Below, piece after piece: positions 1-34,009 of a stretch of 64,000 nt of DNA. The position numbers and the translations under genes are program-made. The stretch is from the human T2T-CHM13v2.0 reference genome, Homo sapiens. Numbering within the stretch: the first letter of the stretch is position 1; each line of letters starts with the position of its first letter. The stretch lies in NCBI RefSeq assembly GCF_009914755.1, contig NC_060934.1. One strand, given 5' to 3'. Under the pieces are notes generated by a model, which saw only the letters and a program-made list of their open reading frames with translations, had not been told where the DNA came from and made no database searches.

Positions 1-214
1 CACCTCCCGGGCTCAAGAGACTCTCCTGCCTCAGCCTCCTAAGTAGCTGGGATTACAGACAGGCACCATCATGCCCAGCTAATATTTTTTGTATTTTTGT
101 AGAGACAGGGTTTCACCATGTTGGCCAGGCTGTTCCTGAACTCCTGACCTCAGATGATTCCTGCCTCGGCCTCCCAAAGTGCTGGGATTATAGGCGTGAG
201 CCACTGTGCCCGGC
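1..214 (-). mobile_element. Alu SINE, cut by the window start
   Basis: Reverse-complement Alu ending CCCAAAGTGCTGGGATTATAGGCGTGAGCCACTGTGCCCGGCC. Confidence 0.95.
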
Positions 215-946
215 CGTTTTGTCTTGTTCTTAAGGAAGATTCAGCCTCACAGCACAAGCATCGGCTCGTAGAGTAGAAATTTCCCAGACAGAGAGCCTTT
301 TAAAATAAAAATATACCTCTTTGAATTACCATTTTGTTGCTACAGCAATGCTATAGCAGTATGAGGAGGTGGTAGGGGGTGGGTGGGTATTTTTCCAAAA
401 AGAAAGATGTCTTGGGGCCTATTAATTGCCCTGCCCAAATGTTCTCACTGCAGTGTGACCACATCACCAGCTGTTGTCTGTCTCACTTACAGAAATTCAG
501 AAATGCTGGCATCATCAAGACATCCCCAATGATGAGATTTCTGGGTGATGTAAATCCACAAACTTTTAGGCTTTGCTTTAGTCAGGGTCCTGGCAGGAAA
601 AAGATGATGCACTCAAACTGAGTAATTGGAGGAAGCTTTGATAAGAGACTGTTTAGAAACCTGTGCGCAGGGCCTAAGGACTCCAGCAAGGGCTACTGCA
701 GTGCCTCAAGGTTGGGAACAGCTTGACCAGGAGGGGCAGGAGATGGAAGAGATTATGGAAGAGGAGAGTGTAGTATATGGAGAGGGACACTAGACAAGGG
801 GTATGGCATTTGGTGAAGGGACACAACCAACTTATGGCAGAGGGCACAACCCAGCAGGAGGAAAGCTGGAAATACTCACCTGCCCTCACTTATTCCCTTC
901 CACCCATCTCCTGTGGTCCTTCCCGCTGGCCAAGCCCATCTGCAAG

Positions 947-1497
947 TGTTACAGGGAAGGGGTCTCGATCTACACCCCAAGAGAGGGTTCTTGGATCTTG
1001 TGCAAGAAAGAATTCAGGGCGGGTCCATAGAATACAGTGAAAGCAAGTTCATTAGGAAAGTAAAGGAATAAAAGAATGGCAACTTCATAGGCAGAGCAAC
1101 CCCAAGGGCTGCTGGTTGCTCATTTTATGGTTATTTCTTGACGATATGCTAAACAAGGGGTGGATTATTTATGCCTTTTGTTTTTAGACCATATAGGGTA
1201 ACTTCCTGACGTTGCCATGGCATCTGTAACTGTCATGGCACTGGTGGGAGCGTAGCAGTGAGGACGACCAGAGGTCGCTCTCATGGCCATCTGGTTTTGG
1301 TAGGATTTAGCTGGCTTCTTTACTGCAACCTGTTTTATCAGCAAGTTCTTTATGACCTGTATCTTGTGCCAACCTCCTATCTCATCCTGTAACTTAGAAT
1401 GCCTTAACCGTCTGGGAATGCAACCCAGTAGGTTTCAGCCTTATTTTACCCACTCCCTACTGAAGATGGAGTTGCTCTGGTTTAAATGCTTCTGACA
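947..1497 (-). mobile_element. MER41 solo LTR (ERV1), MER41A-like, inserted in an older MLT1-type LTR remnant (~575-1560)
   Basis: Reverse strand begins TGTCAGAAGCATTTAAACCAGAGCAACTCCATCTT, matching the recalled MER41 5' end; TG...CA termini. Confidence 0.85.
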
Positions 1498-2011
1498 GAG
1501 CACATGAATGCAATCTGTAGAGTGGGTCTGGAGGGCAAATGGAAGTCATCTAGCACAGACAGGTGGCTGAAATAAGCAAGCTACCGATATACTATTTAAT
1601 GTATTATTTAGTTACTCCTCAGGAATTACAATCACATTTGTTGGATATATAGCTTTTCCACAAAATGATTTTATTTGCTCATGGACCATCCGGAGAAATT
1701 TCAAGGATGTTGAACCTTAAAAGGAACTCATAGGTAGATCTCTCCATGGAGGATCCATCGTACAGATGCAACACCAAGTAAAGTGTCTTGGACAAGGTTT
1801 CACACAAGTTTATGATTGTCCCGGGAGTAGAGTCCAGGCCACTGGTTCTGTTTGCCATATTCTGACACCCAGGACAGGCCACCACAGGCCCTCCATGGCT
1901 CTCTTCTACAGAGGTGCCAGACCCTGCCTGCTCATTTCCCAGTTTCCCAGAGAAATTCAAGCAGAGGTCTTTCTCCCACTTCCCTCTGTGAAGGCCTGTG
2001 AAAGGTGTCAG

Positions 2012-2351
2012 TGAGACAGGCAGGCAGGAAGGGCTCCCTGGCAGAGCCTCTCCCCGACCTGCACATTGGGAGGAGTATACACTGGGGTGGAGCCACAGAA
2101 ATTTGTGCCATTTGCAGCGGGGAGGAGCCTGGTCCCTCCTCTTTCTGTGTGGAACTTGAGATTCAAACTGCGAGGCAGGAAGTGCACCAGCAGGGACTCT
2201 GGCCTGGCGGAGAGTCCCTGTTCCCCTTTTGTACCTTTTTGCCTAATAAATCCCATTATTCTCACCCTTCAAATCACCTGCAAGCCTAACTTTTCATGGG
2301 CATGGGACAAGGACCCTGTCTTTACCTGAACTAAGGAAAAGTCCTGCAAAA
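2012..2351 (+). mobile_element. MER61-like solo LTR (ERV1)
   Basis: TGAGACAGGCAGGCAGGAAGGG...GGGGTGGAGCCACAGAA...GCAGCGGGGAGGAGCCTGG, with an internal AATAAA; resembles the recalled MER61 consensus. Confidence 0.7.
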
Positions 2352-3109
2352 GCAGGGCCAGGGTCCTCGACTAAGGGCAGACACCAGACTTTGAAGTCTG
2401 GCTGCTCTGAGGCCCTGGGTTCCTTCTGCAAATTTCTGGGCACTCTATTTCATCCGGCAAACCATTGTTGGGCTAGAGGATGCTGCTCCTGCTGTTCTTG
2501 CCTGAATATTGGACATCGGGAGCCAAAAGCACAGCCCTGGTTGCATTGTTTTACATGACTTGTAAACTTATCCTAGCTCAAGGCTCAGCTCAAATGCATC
2601 TTCCTTCCCCTGATAGAAATGTGTCACTTCTTGTGCCTGAATTGAAGCTATGAATCCATTGTTCTGAGTCATTGTCTGTCTTCTGCCATGAGCGTGGGAG
2701 CACAGGCATCATGTCATGTCCATCTTGGCATTCCCAGTAGTTGGCCTCCTTTCTTAGACCTGGGAGAACTTTTGATTACCATGTGAATCTCCTGGGATAA
2801 GAGCTGTATTCCAGAGTGGAAAAGGTGTGATTGGCCTTGAGAGTAGAGAATGGGTGTATTAGCCCTGGGAAGAGGGGGAGTGTCAGCTCCTGTATTGCAG
2901 GAAAGGCACTTCTCTTGCTGGGTTAGGTCAGGTTGCACAGACATCTTAGACCTGGCTTCTGGTGGAGGGACAAAGGGGTAACCACCACAGTTATGCCTAG
3001 GAGACAGTGGAAGAGGGCGAGTTACTCTGGTGTGTGCAATTCTGGGTGTGGCTTCCCTGAACTGCTAGGAACTGGTGGGAAACACTGCAACAGGTGTGGG
3101 AGATGCTGA

Positions 3110-3990
3110 TTATCTTAGTCTGTTTTCTGTTGCTTAAACAGAATACCTGAAAATAGGTAATTTATGAAGAAAATACAAGTATTTCTTATAGTTATGGAAG
3201 CTGAAAAGTCCAAGGGCTGCATGCATTTAGCAATATGCATTTCAGGTTCCTCTGTGTCTTCTCATGGTTTGATAGCTCATTTCTTTTTAGTGCTGAATAA
3301 TATTCTAAGGCAGTGCAGGGTTTCACATGGCAAGGGGCTGAACGTGCTAATGTGCTAGTTCAGGTCTCTCTTCCTTTTCTCTTTTCTTTTTTCTTTTCTT
3401 TCTTTCTTTCTTTCTCTCTCTCTCTTTCTTTCTCTCTCTCTCTTTCTTTCTCTCTCTCTCTCTTTCTTTCTTTCTTCTTTCCTCCTCCTCCTTCTTCTTC
3501 TTCTTCCTCTTTTTTTTTTTGAGATGGAGTTTTGCTCTTATCACCCAGGCTGGAGTGCAATGGTGCGATCTTGGCTCACTGCAACCTCTGCCTCCCATGG
3601 TTCAGGTGATTCTCCTGCCTTAGCCTCCCAAGTAGCTGGGGCTACAGGCATGCACCACCATGACTGGCTAATTTTGTATTTTTAGTAGATACGGGATTTA
3701 CCATGTTGGCCAAGATGATCTCGAGCTCCTGACCTCAGGTGATCCACCTGCCTTGGCCTCCCAAAGTGCCGGGATTACAGGCGTGAGCCACTGCACCCGG
3801 ACTCTCTTCCTTTTCTAATAAAGCCACCAGTTCTACTCCCATGAAAACCCATTAATTCATTAGCCTATTAATCCATGAAGGGATTAATCTATGATCCAAT
3901 CACTTCTTAAATGCCCCACCTCCCAATACTGCCACACTGGGGATTAAGTTTCCACGTGAGTTTTGGAGGGGACATTCAAACCATAGTACT
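3110..3990. mobile_element. MST-type (ERVL-MaLR) LTR interrupted by a CT-rich microsatellite and an antisense Alu (~3509-3800)
   Basis: TCTTAGTCTGTTTTCTGTTGCT...GAAGCTGAAAAGTCCAAG start and GGGGACATTCAAACCATAG end are typical of MST LTRs; the Alu has a T-rich tail. Confidence 0.75.
3365..3520. repeat. Compound polypyrimidine microsatellite (CT/CTTT/CCT/CTT) extending from an Alu tail
   Basis: ~155 nt of only C and T on the + strand. Confidence 0.95.
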
Positions 3991-4539
3991 AACTTAGACA
4001 AGGAGGAAAGCCATCTCTGATGGAAGGTACCGTGATCTTGGAGGGGCCACAAGTAACTGAAAAATCATGTTACCCAAACCTTTGATTTTGTAACATAACT
4101 TAGAAAGTAAAGCTCAAAAAAGTTTTCTGAGCTGGTGGAGTTACGCAGAGGCCAGGGCGAGAAACCCTGGGAGGACAGGGGAGTGGATCAGTCAGTGTGC
4201 AGCAGGAAACAGATGACACACTAAAACAGGGAAATTGAGGAGAGTTTACTGAATGGGATCATTTACAATTGTACGGGCAGCTTCAAGGGAAAACAGCAAA
4301 ATGGTGCAGTCTCCTGGGGCTAGTAAGAGGAGGAAGCTGTTGGCACCCCTAGGCCTGAAAGAGCAGGGGCTGGAGGAATCTGGATAGGGAAGATATAGAA
4401 GAGGGCCTCCTCAGGAGGGGATGAAGCAACCATGGTGCCCTGGCCTGGACTGAGTTAGGAGGGTAAGTACTCCAGCCTCACTCCCCTCCTGCCCTCTGCT
4501 CTCTTGCCTGTGCCTCCAACAGGAAGCAAAGAAACTTTG

Positions 4540-5610
4540 CTGTAGTCCACATGTCAGCAAAACTATAGCCAGGAATCCAAATTCAGCTTGCCACCTGTAT
4601 TTACATGACCTTTGAGCTGAGAAATGCTTTTTACATTTTTGAATGGTTGACAAAAACACACTCTTACCATACAACTCAGCAGTCATGCTCCTAACCCAAA
4701 GGAGCTGAAGACTATGTCCACACAAAAACCTGCATATTCATGTTTATGGCAGCTTTATTCATAATCAGCAAAACTTGGAAGCAAACAAGATGTCTTTCAG
4801 TGGATGAATGGATAAATAAACTGTAGTACATCCGAACAATGGAATATTATTCAGCACTAAAAAGAAATGAGCTATCAAGCCATGAGAAGACACGGAGGAA
4901 CTTTAAATGCATATTGCTAGGTGAAAGAAGCTAATCTGAAAAGGTTATACATTGTGTGATCCCAACAATATGATATTAATGTAAAGGCAAAACTATGGAG
5001 GCAGTAAAAGAATTAGTAATTGCCAGGGGATAGAGGGGAAGAAAAGATGAATAGGTGGAGCACAACGGATTTTTAGGGCAGCAAAACTATTCTGCATGAT
5101 ACTAAAATGATGGATACATGTCATTATACATTTGTCCAAACTCGTAGAATGAATAACACCAAGAGTGAACCCTGATATAAATTACAGACTCTGGGTAATA
5201 ACAATGTGTCACTGTAGATTCATTAATTGTAACAAATGTACCAATGTGGTGGGAGATGTTGATTTGAGGGAAGACTGTTGTGGGTGGGTATATGGGAACT
5301 CTGCACTTTCCACTAAATTTTGCTGTGAACCTAAAACTGCTCTAAAAAATAAAGTCTTTTTTTTTTATAATTCCACTAGATCACTGGAAAAATTAAGTCT
5401 TCTTAATCAAAAGAAGAATAATATTTCATAACATAAAATTACAGGAAATTTAAATTTCTATGTTCATAACTAAAATTTTATTGGAATGCAGCCACGCCCA
5501 GCCCATTTGTTAATATTTCTATAGCTGCTTTCAGGCTACAACAGTAGGGTTGAGTAGTTGCAACAGAAACCATATTCCCACAAAGCCTCAAATATTTGCT
5601 AACTGGCATC
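4540..5610. mobile_element. MER58-like hAT DNA-transposon remnant split by an L1MB/L1MC 3'-end fragment (~4660-5355, + strand)
   Basis: GTCAGCAAAACTATAGCC...AAATTCAGCTTGCCACCTGT and CCACAAAGCCTCAAATATTTGCTAACTGGC ends; L1 3' motifs GGATGAATGGATAAATAAACTGTAGTACATCC. Confidence 0.6.
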
Positions 5611-5894
5611 TTACAGAACAACTGTGTTCTTATCTATCCACTTTCCAAGGCACAGAGTGGATTGAATGTCGAAGGCAAACAGAACATTTTCAGCCAGAGT
5701 ATTGGTCACAAAGGCCAAAGAACTGTGTCAGGTAGTTGTGATGTTTTTACTTTTAGCGCAACCCATGCAACTTTTAGACCGTTCCATTCAAGTTACCAGA
5801 ATCCCATTTAGGCACTGAGGTCTCTCTGCTTTTTTACCTCAGGGCTTACAGTCAGTGGATAATTCTCTAACCTCCCCATCCTTTGGTGGGCTCA

Positions 5895-11305
<5,411 letters not shown>

Positions 11306-12489
11306 AGAAGCTTTTTATATTCCATATGGATTATTTCAGTTGTGTTTGGTGGGAGGGTAGTTCCAAATTATCTAGTTAACTATTTCTGTATGTGAAAGTT
11401 CTCTACTTGCTCTAACATTGAAGAATACCTTGGTATCTCTTTAGGGGACTGATGAATGCAGGAGGACAAATACCACAGATGATCTGCAATCGTATATAAT
11501 AATACAAAGTAGACTGATTTTGAGTTTTTTTCTTGTAATTCAATACTGTGGCCCTTAAAACTGTACATAATAATTTGCTCCAGAATTTCTGATCCCAGAA
11601 AGCTGCCTATGGAAATAATTAATTATAGATGTTTGAAATTATTCATTTATAAAGGAATTTTTAACAAAACTGGTAATTAACAGAAGACTAGTTAAAATAA
11701 AATAGGCTTCTCTCATAGGATAAGATATTGCACAGCCATTAATACTATAGGATAATATCTAATGGCATAGAGAAGTCATACCATAATGAGAATTGAAACT
11801 AGTCAATCATAATATGAACCCTTTTAATATAGTTACATATGCTGGAAATATCACTGAAAATATATTGACTAAAATGCTAAAAGTGGTTATCTCAGGGTTG
11901 TGAGATAACTAGTGCTTTTATCTACTGCCTTTTGCTTTTTAATATTTTTGTAATTTTGAAAATTATATATTTATAATTTTCTAAAATGAACATTTATCAC
12001 TTTTGTAATGGAAAGTGAACTACAAAATAAAATGCTACAAGTGAAACCAGATGTTTTTATTATGTTGTGTTGGAAAATTTATCAATGTAAATAGCCCATA
12101 ATTTAGATTAAAGAAGTCTTTTTGAATATCTAATATATGTCAGCCTCTTTCATACATATATTTTCACTAATGCTTATAAGTGCTCAATTTTCAGTCACAA
12201 TGTAGTAATTAGTAATTGAAACAATCTAGACTGTTCAAAAGGAAGTCAAGTGGACAGATTGATTGGTACAAGGTGAATGGTATGATTTTCATAGTCAGCA
12301 AATTCCTCCAACAAAGGCCAGATAATGGGCAAGGTGAGCTCTTCCAGACATTATAATTTACCCTAATAGGATAGATGTTGAGTTATAAAAATGTCATAAA
12401 TACTGTAAAAATGAGAAATATGAGAATGGAAAAATAACAGCAATATTCATATACTCTACTGCAGCAATAGTTAACATCTTGGAATATGC

Positions 12490-12897
12490 AGGTGATTGGA
12501 TTATTGATTCCAACCATCTGCTTCCTTTCCTGTAAGAGGATTATACATGTGATCTGCAGTGGCTTTCCAAAGTCAGAGTATAGTTCTTTGACCTGCTTTG
12601 GCCAATGGGATGTGAACAGGAGTAATATCCACCACAGATGAGCCAAACCTTTAAGAGCTATTAGATGTTTCAGCTCTATCCTGTTTGTTTCCCTTTGCCA
12701 CAAGAATGACATGTCCTAAAAAGAGGCTGCTCCTTCAGGCTAGCCCTGGAATGAGATGATACATGAAGCAGAGCCACCACCACTGATTTGCAGACACCAA
12801 CATGCAATGTGAATGAGAAATAAATGTATATTATAGTAAGCCATGAGATTAGGTGGTGGGGGGTGCTGTTTGTTATCACAGCAAAGCTGACTAATAC
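12490..12897 (+). mobile_element. MLT1-type (ERVL-MaLR) LTR
   Basis: CTTTGGCCAATGGGATGTGAACAGGAG...GAGAAATAAATG...TTGTTATCACAGCAAAGCTGACTAATACA terminus. Confidence 0.7.
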
Positions 12898-12965
12898 ATT
12901 GTTTCCTCAAAAATACAATAGCAGCTCTCTTAACCAAGCTCCACTTAACTGACTTTCCAGATTGA

Positions 12966-13649
<684 letters not shown>

Positions 13650-13883
13650 TAGGCCACTCTCCAGGATAGGTGCTCACTGCTGCCTGATCAACTGACCAAG
13701 TGCAAGTCCTAATCCAGATCAAGACAGGTGAGAGGGTTGTGCAACAAACCAGTTTGAGGTTCTGGAGTGGTTGGCTGTGACGCAGTATCACATAATTGTC
13801 AAGTGAGAGAGCTTGGGAATAAAGCTATGCAAGACCAGATCCCAACTCTACCTTTAGGGGGTGTGTGCCTTTGGTCAAATTAT

Positions 13884-14616
<733 letters not shown>

Positions 14617-14892
14617 TCACTAACACAGACACCAATATTGAGAGTTACTGGTTTTCAAAGAATTCAAAGAATCTTTCAGTGAAGAAGAAATTGTTATCTG
14701 GTTTTTATAATGCTTCTCATACTACAATTACCTAAGTTTAAAAACCAAACTTTTGCAAATATTTTATTTTGTTTTATTTTTCACTGTGGAGGATGTCATA
14801 CTTAAAATTAGAGAAAATGGCATAATCCTCCCCCAGGTACTCATGACCTAGCTTGACTAATCATCAGCTGTGGCCAATCTTGTTTCCCCTAG

Positions 14893-16152
<1,260 letters not shown>

Positions 16153-17159
16153 AACATAACTACTTTTTCTATGACTCAGAAGTTTTGTATACTTGTGATG
16201 AACTAAAGTTGGAAAAACTGAGCTTTGCATAAGGAGCAGTCTTGCCTGGGGTTACATAAGGTGCTGTTCCAGTTATAAGACAGACTCGTGCCCTGAGACG
16301 GCCCCGCCTCCCCTCGTCCTGCTACGTTATGTCTTTGACTTTGTGAAGTCACTCCTCCTGTCACTGCCCTTGATCAGGTCTCTCACATGCCTCACATAAA
16401 GAACTCTGTGAAGATCCCCTGGATTTGGTCCCTGGTTATTGGCCATCCCCTGGTACCATCCGGTTTACCTGCTTTTATCTGAGTCTCTGCTGGCTTCCCA
16501 CCAACTCACTTCCCCTAGCTGCACACACCCTTCATGCTACGTGGGAGCAATTGTTGACATGAAAATTCAAAAAGATGAGACAAATACAACTCCAACAACC
16601 TCAAGCCTCAAGAGTCAGAGAGTTAACTTCCTTTTCATTTCCTCCCTTAGCCAGGAGGGGTGTTCCAGTGGCTTCTGCTTGGCTTTTCCTACTGCAATAG
16701 ACTTATCCTCTAAGTCAGGGAGCAATTCCATGGCAGTGAGGCCATCTGCTCCATCTACACATCCAAAAACTGGAGAAATGACCCTGAATGATTGCTGCTG
16801 CCCTATGCCTTGGGGCTGTTGTTGACTCTGATTAGTTTCATTTATCACCTGATACTGTGAGAACCCTGATTGGTGAACCAACCTGGTGGTCTGTGTATCA
16901 AGGAATTGCTTTTATCACAGAGCCACGGTCAATTGTAACAGAAAATTTTGGGGATTACTCTTCACTTGGCACAGTTACCTGCCAAAATCATCACAGATTC
17001 TTTTGTGGAAGACTAGCAGAAAGGTGCACACTATGTACTTGTCCTATTAAAGCTCGCCAGGGGCCTCTTAAGTCTGGAAATGGAATGGGTGAGGGGCTGC
17101 AACTCTCGTGAAGCTGGGCCTCAAGTTACCAGACCTAGGTACATTTGATTATATGGTTC

Positions 17160-19041
<1,882 letters not shown>

Positions 19042-19050
19042 CTCTCTCAC

Positions 19051-23086
<4,036 letters not shown>

Positions 23087-23479
23087 CCAAAAAAACCCCT
23101 CCAGCCTTCTATAGACAAGAAACAAGCTCAGAACACTGCTCAGCTTCCAAAGAGTGCAGTCTCCAATGCCCACTCCTGAAAATGCCAAACAGGATAATAG
23201 AAAGGGAGGCACCCTTTCCCAGAAGCTAGTCAAAAGGTATAGAGAATAATGAATTGGGAACCCCTCCTAAAGATAAGAATAAGTGTCTAATTCAAGGAAT
23301 ATTTTCTACACACAGGGCAGCAGGACCTCACAGTATCTTGCCATGGACCAATGTTCATTCTGTATCTTCATTCATTCCCTTTTGATGGAATGTCTTTGTG
23401 GTAACCTCTCTCTGTTCCATCATTGTGTATTGGATTTGTAAGGAGCAGATAATTTGTCTTTTTAGTTCATAGAATCTTT

Positions 23480-26850
<3,371 letters not shown>

Positions 26851-27544
26851 AGATCATTCATCAGGATCAAACAATAGTCTTCAGTTAAGCTCCATGCTTT
26901 CAGATAAGAATTTAGGGAACTGATTTTGTCATTATGTTCTAAGTTATACATTTGGAAGAAGTGACCCTATGCTGGGTGGTTTGAATTCCTCACACCCCTC
27001 ATAATAATCTATGGAAGATGGTATTTGTTCTCCTAGAATCTTGGCCTCAATTGGACACTTAATTTTATTTGACTAGAAGCAAGAACTTAACTCTTTTTTA
27101 TTTACTTTTAATTTTTTCGCTGCTCCAAAGGTACATCAGGGAACTTAACTCTTTTGTAACTAGATGGAAAAGGCTACTAGATTCCCACTCTGGAATATGA
27201 ATGAGAATTTCACTGTCCTATTTTCATGGCGTCATGATTGCCAAACACCTTCTCTTCCCTTGGGGTTTTAGCCCTCAGTCCATTCTTTTTTACCACTTTC
27301 TATGTCATTTGAGATTCTGGGATACAAAATAAACAAACAAACAAAAACCCCAGCCAATTCTGAATAACTGAAGCAAAGTATATTTATGAATTAGAGGAAT
27401 AATCTATTTTGAATATGCTTTCCAAACAGATGGGCTTGTAAATAGAAGTGACCAAAAGAGCTATAGAGGATAAAGAAGAAGGAAAGAGGAAATGTAGCAA
27501 ATGTCCTCTGCTCATCAGCTACACTGGCTATGCTGAAAGGCTTC

Positions 27545-31610
<4,066 letters not shown>

Positions 31611-32923
31611 AAAATTGACAAAAATTATATGTATTTATCATGTATAACATGATATTTGGAATATGTACAGATCCTTTCTGTAGGAGATGAAAGAAAATAA
31701 AAGAAATATGTATACATTGTAAAATGGCTAAATTGAGCTAATAAACTTTTATATTACCTCATATACTTATCATCTTTTTTTGGTGAGAACACCTAGAATC
31801 TATTCTCTTAGTGATTTTCAAGAATATAATACTGTACTTTGTGACTAACTATAGTCTCCACATTGTAAATAGATCTCTTGAACTGCTTCCACCTGTCTAA
31901 CTGAAACTTTGCCTCCTTTGATAACCATGTTCCTTACCCCCACGTCCACCTCCCAAGATCATCTAATGTGAATTGATCATTCAATAAATGTTGTTAAACA
32001 CTTAAAGAGCTGATTCTGATCTATTTTTATAAGAGATATCACTTTCGCCAAAATCTCGGATATTAACTTAGAGCAAAGATTTAATAGTTTTAAAAAATCA
32101 GCCATAACAAAATAACAAAAACAATAATATAAACAAAACCAAACCTACCAATCAAGAAATTATAGAGTCTATTTTCATAATTTCATAGACTGCCCAAGCA
32201 TTTCAGCAAAACAAAGCCACACTGAAAAATATTGACAAGTTTGTATGCATAAAACTGTAAATCTTGTTTATGGGAAAAAATGCAATAAGCAGAGTTAAAA
32301 TTTAAATGACAAGCCAGGAAAAAATATTTGTGATTGTGTATGACAAACAAGAAGTTAATATTACTTGATGGGATCTGAGCTCTGCACTGTTTCTCTAGCA
32401 CTGGGCAGCTGTTGAAACCTCTTGTCAGTGCTTGCTTTCCTCTGGATTCCTTGGAGTCTTGCCCTGTACTGGTGCAGCTTAGGAGTCAGCCAAGAATTCG
32501 AGAGGAGTTATATACAGATTTGGGGGTTCTCCCTCTGTTGGTCTCTTCTTTCTGGAATTCCTCCCCACCTCCTCAATTTCAGCTGCTCTGGAAGCCCTGA
32601 TTCTGGCCTGATTCTTCATCCCAGCCTGTTGGCCTCTTTCTGCTGGAGTTGTATCCACACCTCACCCCACTCCCACCTACACCACTCCAGACCCCCAGCA
32701 CCGCAGAGTCTTGGGGGTAACCTCAGTTACTGATCAAAATCAGTTCTTTAAATGTTTAACATTTATTGAATAATCAATCCTTTATTCACAGTTTAAAAGT
32801 GTAGCTCTATCATATTTAGGTGACTAGATGTGCTGATTTGTTTCTGATGTCTGTTCGTTCTGTTCCCTTAATCTGTTTATTTATCCTTCTGCTAGTCTCA
32901 CAATGTTTTATTACAGTAATTTT

Positions 32924-33790
32924 CTTGAAGGAAAATTTGTATTATTTTAATTATTTTTATGTACAGAAAACTCAACAGTGTATATTTAACCCAGTTTAAT
33001 GGCAAATTCTTTAGCCTTTGCCTTTTTGAGCTTGGCGATGCGAACCACAGACTTGGGACCCAGGACATTGCCGCCCCAGTGATGGCGGATCTCATCGTAT
33101 CTGTCGTTGTAATTGGTCCTGATAGTTTCCACCAGCTTAGCCAAAGCGCCTTTGCCTTCCGAGTTAACCTGTGTGAAGGCGACAGTGGTGCAGGTCTTCC
33201 TGTGGACTAGATGGCCCAGTCTTGCCTTCCCCTTGATAATGGAGTAAGGGACCCCCATTTTACGACACAGGGCAGGCAAGAAGACAACCACCTCAATGGG
33301 ATCCATGTCTTGTGCAATCACCATCGGCTGGGCTTTCTTGTTCTCCACCAAGGTGGTGACGGTATTAACTCCTGCTTGAAAGACAGATGGTTTCTTAGTG
33401 GGGACGTCCCCTTTGCCAGCAGCTTTCTTCTCAGCCAGGGCCAACAGCCTCTGCTTCTTCTCTTGCTTTGTCTCTGGTCTGTACTTGTGAGTAGATGTTT
33501 GGTGGTCCAGGGCCTGGGTGAACTGGTTAATCGCAGAAGGCACTTTCAGCTGCTTACAGAGGATGGCTCTCTGCCTCTGCAACCTGATGTAGCGGGGCCA
33601 TTTCACAAAGCGGGTGAGGTCTCTTTTGGGCTGGATGTCCCGTCCAATGACAAAATTCTTAGGCCTTTTCTCAAACGGGGGATTCACCACTTTCTTGGCC
33701 TCCTGCTTCTTCACGACAGCAGGGGCCGGAGCCACCTTCTTCCCTTTGGCCTTCTTTCCTTTCGGCATCTTGGGCGGCAGGAGGAGAGAC
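32924..33790 (-). pseudogene. RPL7AP8: Processed (retroposed) copy of 60S ribosomal protein L7a; open ORF 32986-33768 (260 aa); probably RPL7AP8
   Basis: Intronless [33 protein letters not shown]...AKEFAIKLG, with pyrimidine-rich 5'UTR remnant and 3'UTR. TSD TATTACA(G/A)TAATTTT at 32909-32923 and 33791-33805. The RPL7A identity is secure; the pseudogene number is recalled from the locus. Confidence 0.93.
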
Positions 33791-34009
33791 TATTACAATA
33801 ATTTTATGGTACTTATTTATTTGTGTCTGGAAAGACACGGGCCTCTGCTTGTTCTTTTTTTTTTTTTTTTTCCCTAAAATTTCTCCAGGGTTTGCATGTA
33901 TTTAACCCTGAAGATCACATTTACAATTAACTTCTCAGGTTACAGACACTGTTTGTGCTTATGTTCATACTGCATTAGATGAAAGGTTATTTTGAGAACC
34001 TGGATACAG

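Noticed and set aside
947-1497. MER41 as an interferon-gamma/STAT1 enhancer
   Set aside because: The tandem TTCCGGGAA-type GAS segment described for MER41B is not visible; this copy looks like the MER41A form that lacks it.
3313-3598. K/E/R-rich and F/S/L-rich ORFs
   Set aside because: Translations of the CT microsatellite and Alu tail.
33211-33801. 196-aa + strand ORF
   Set aside because: Antisense shadow of the RPL7A retrocopy.
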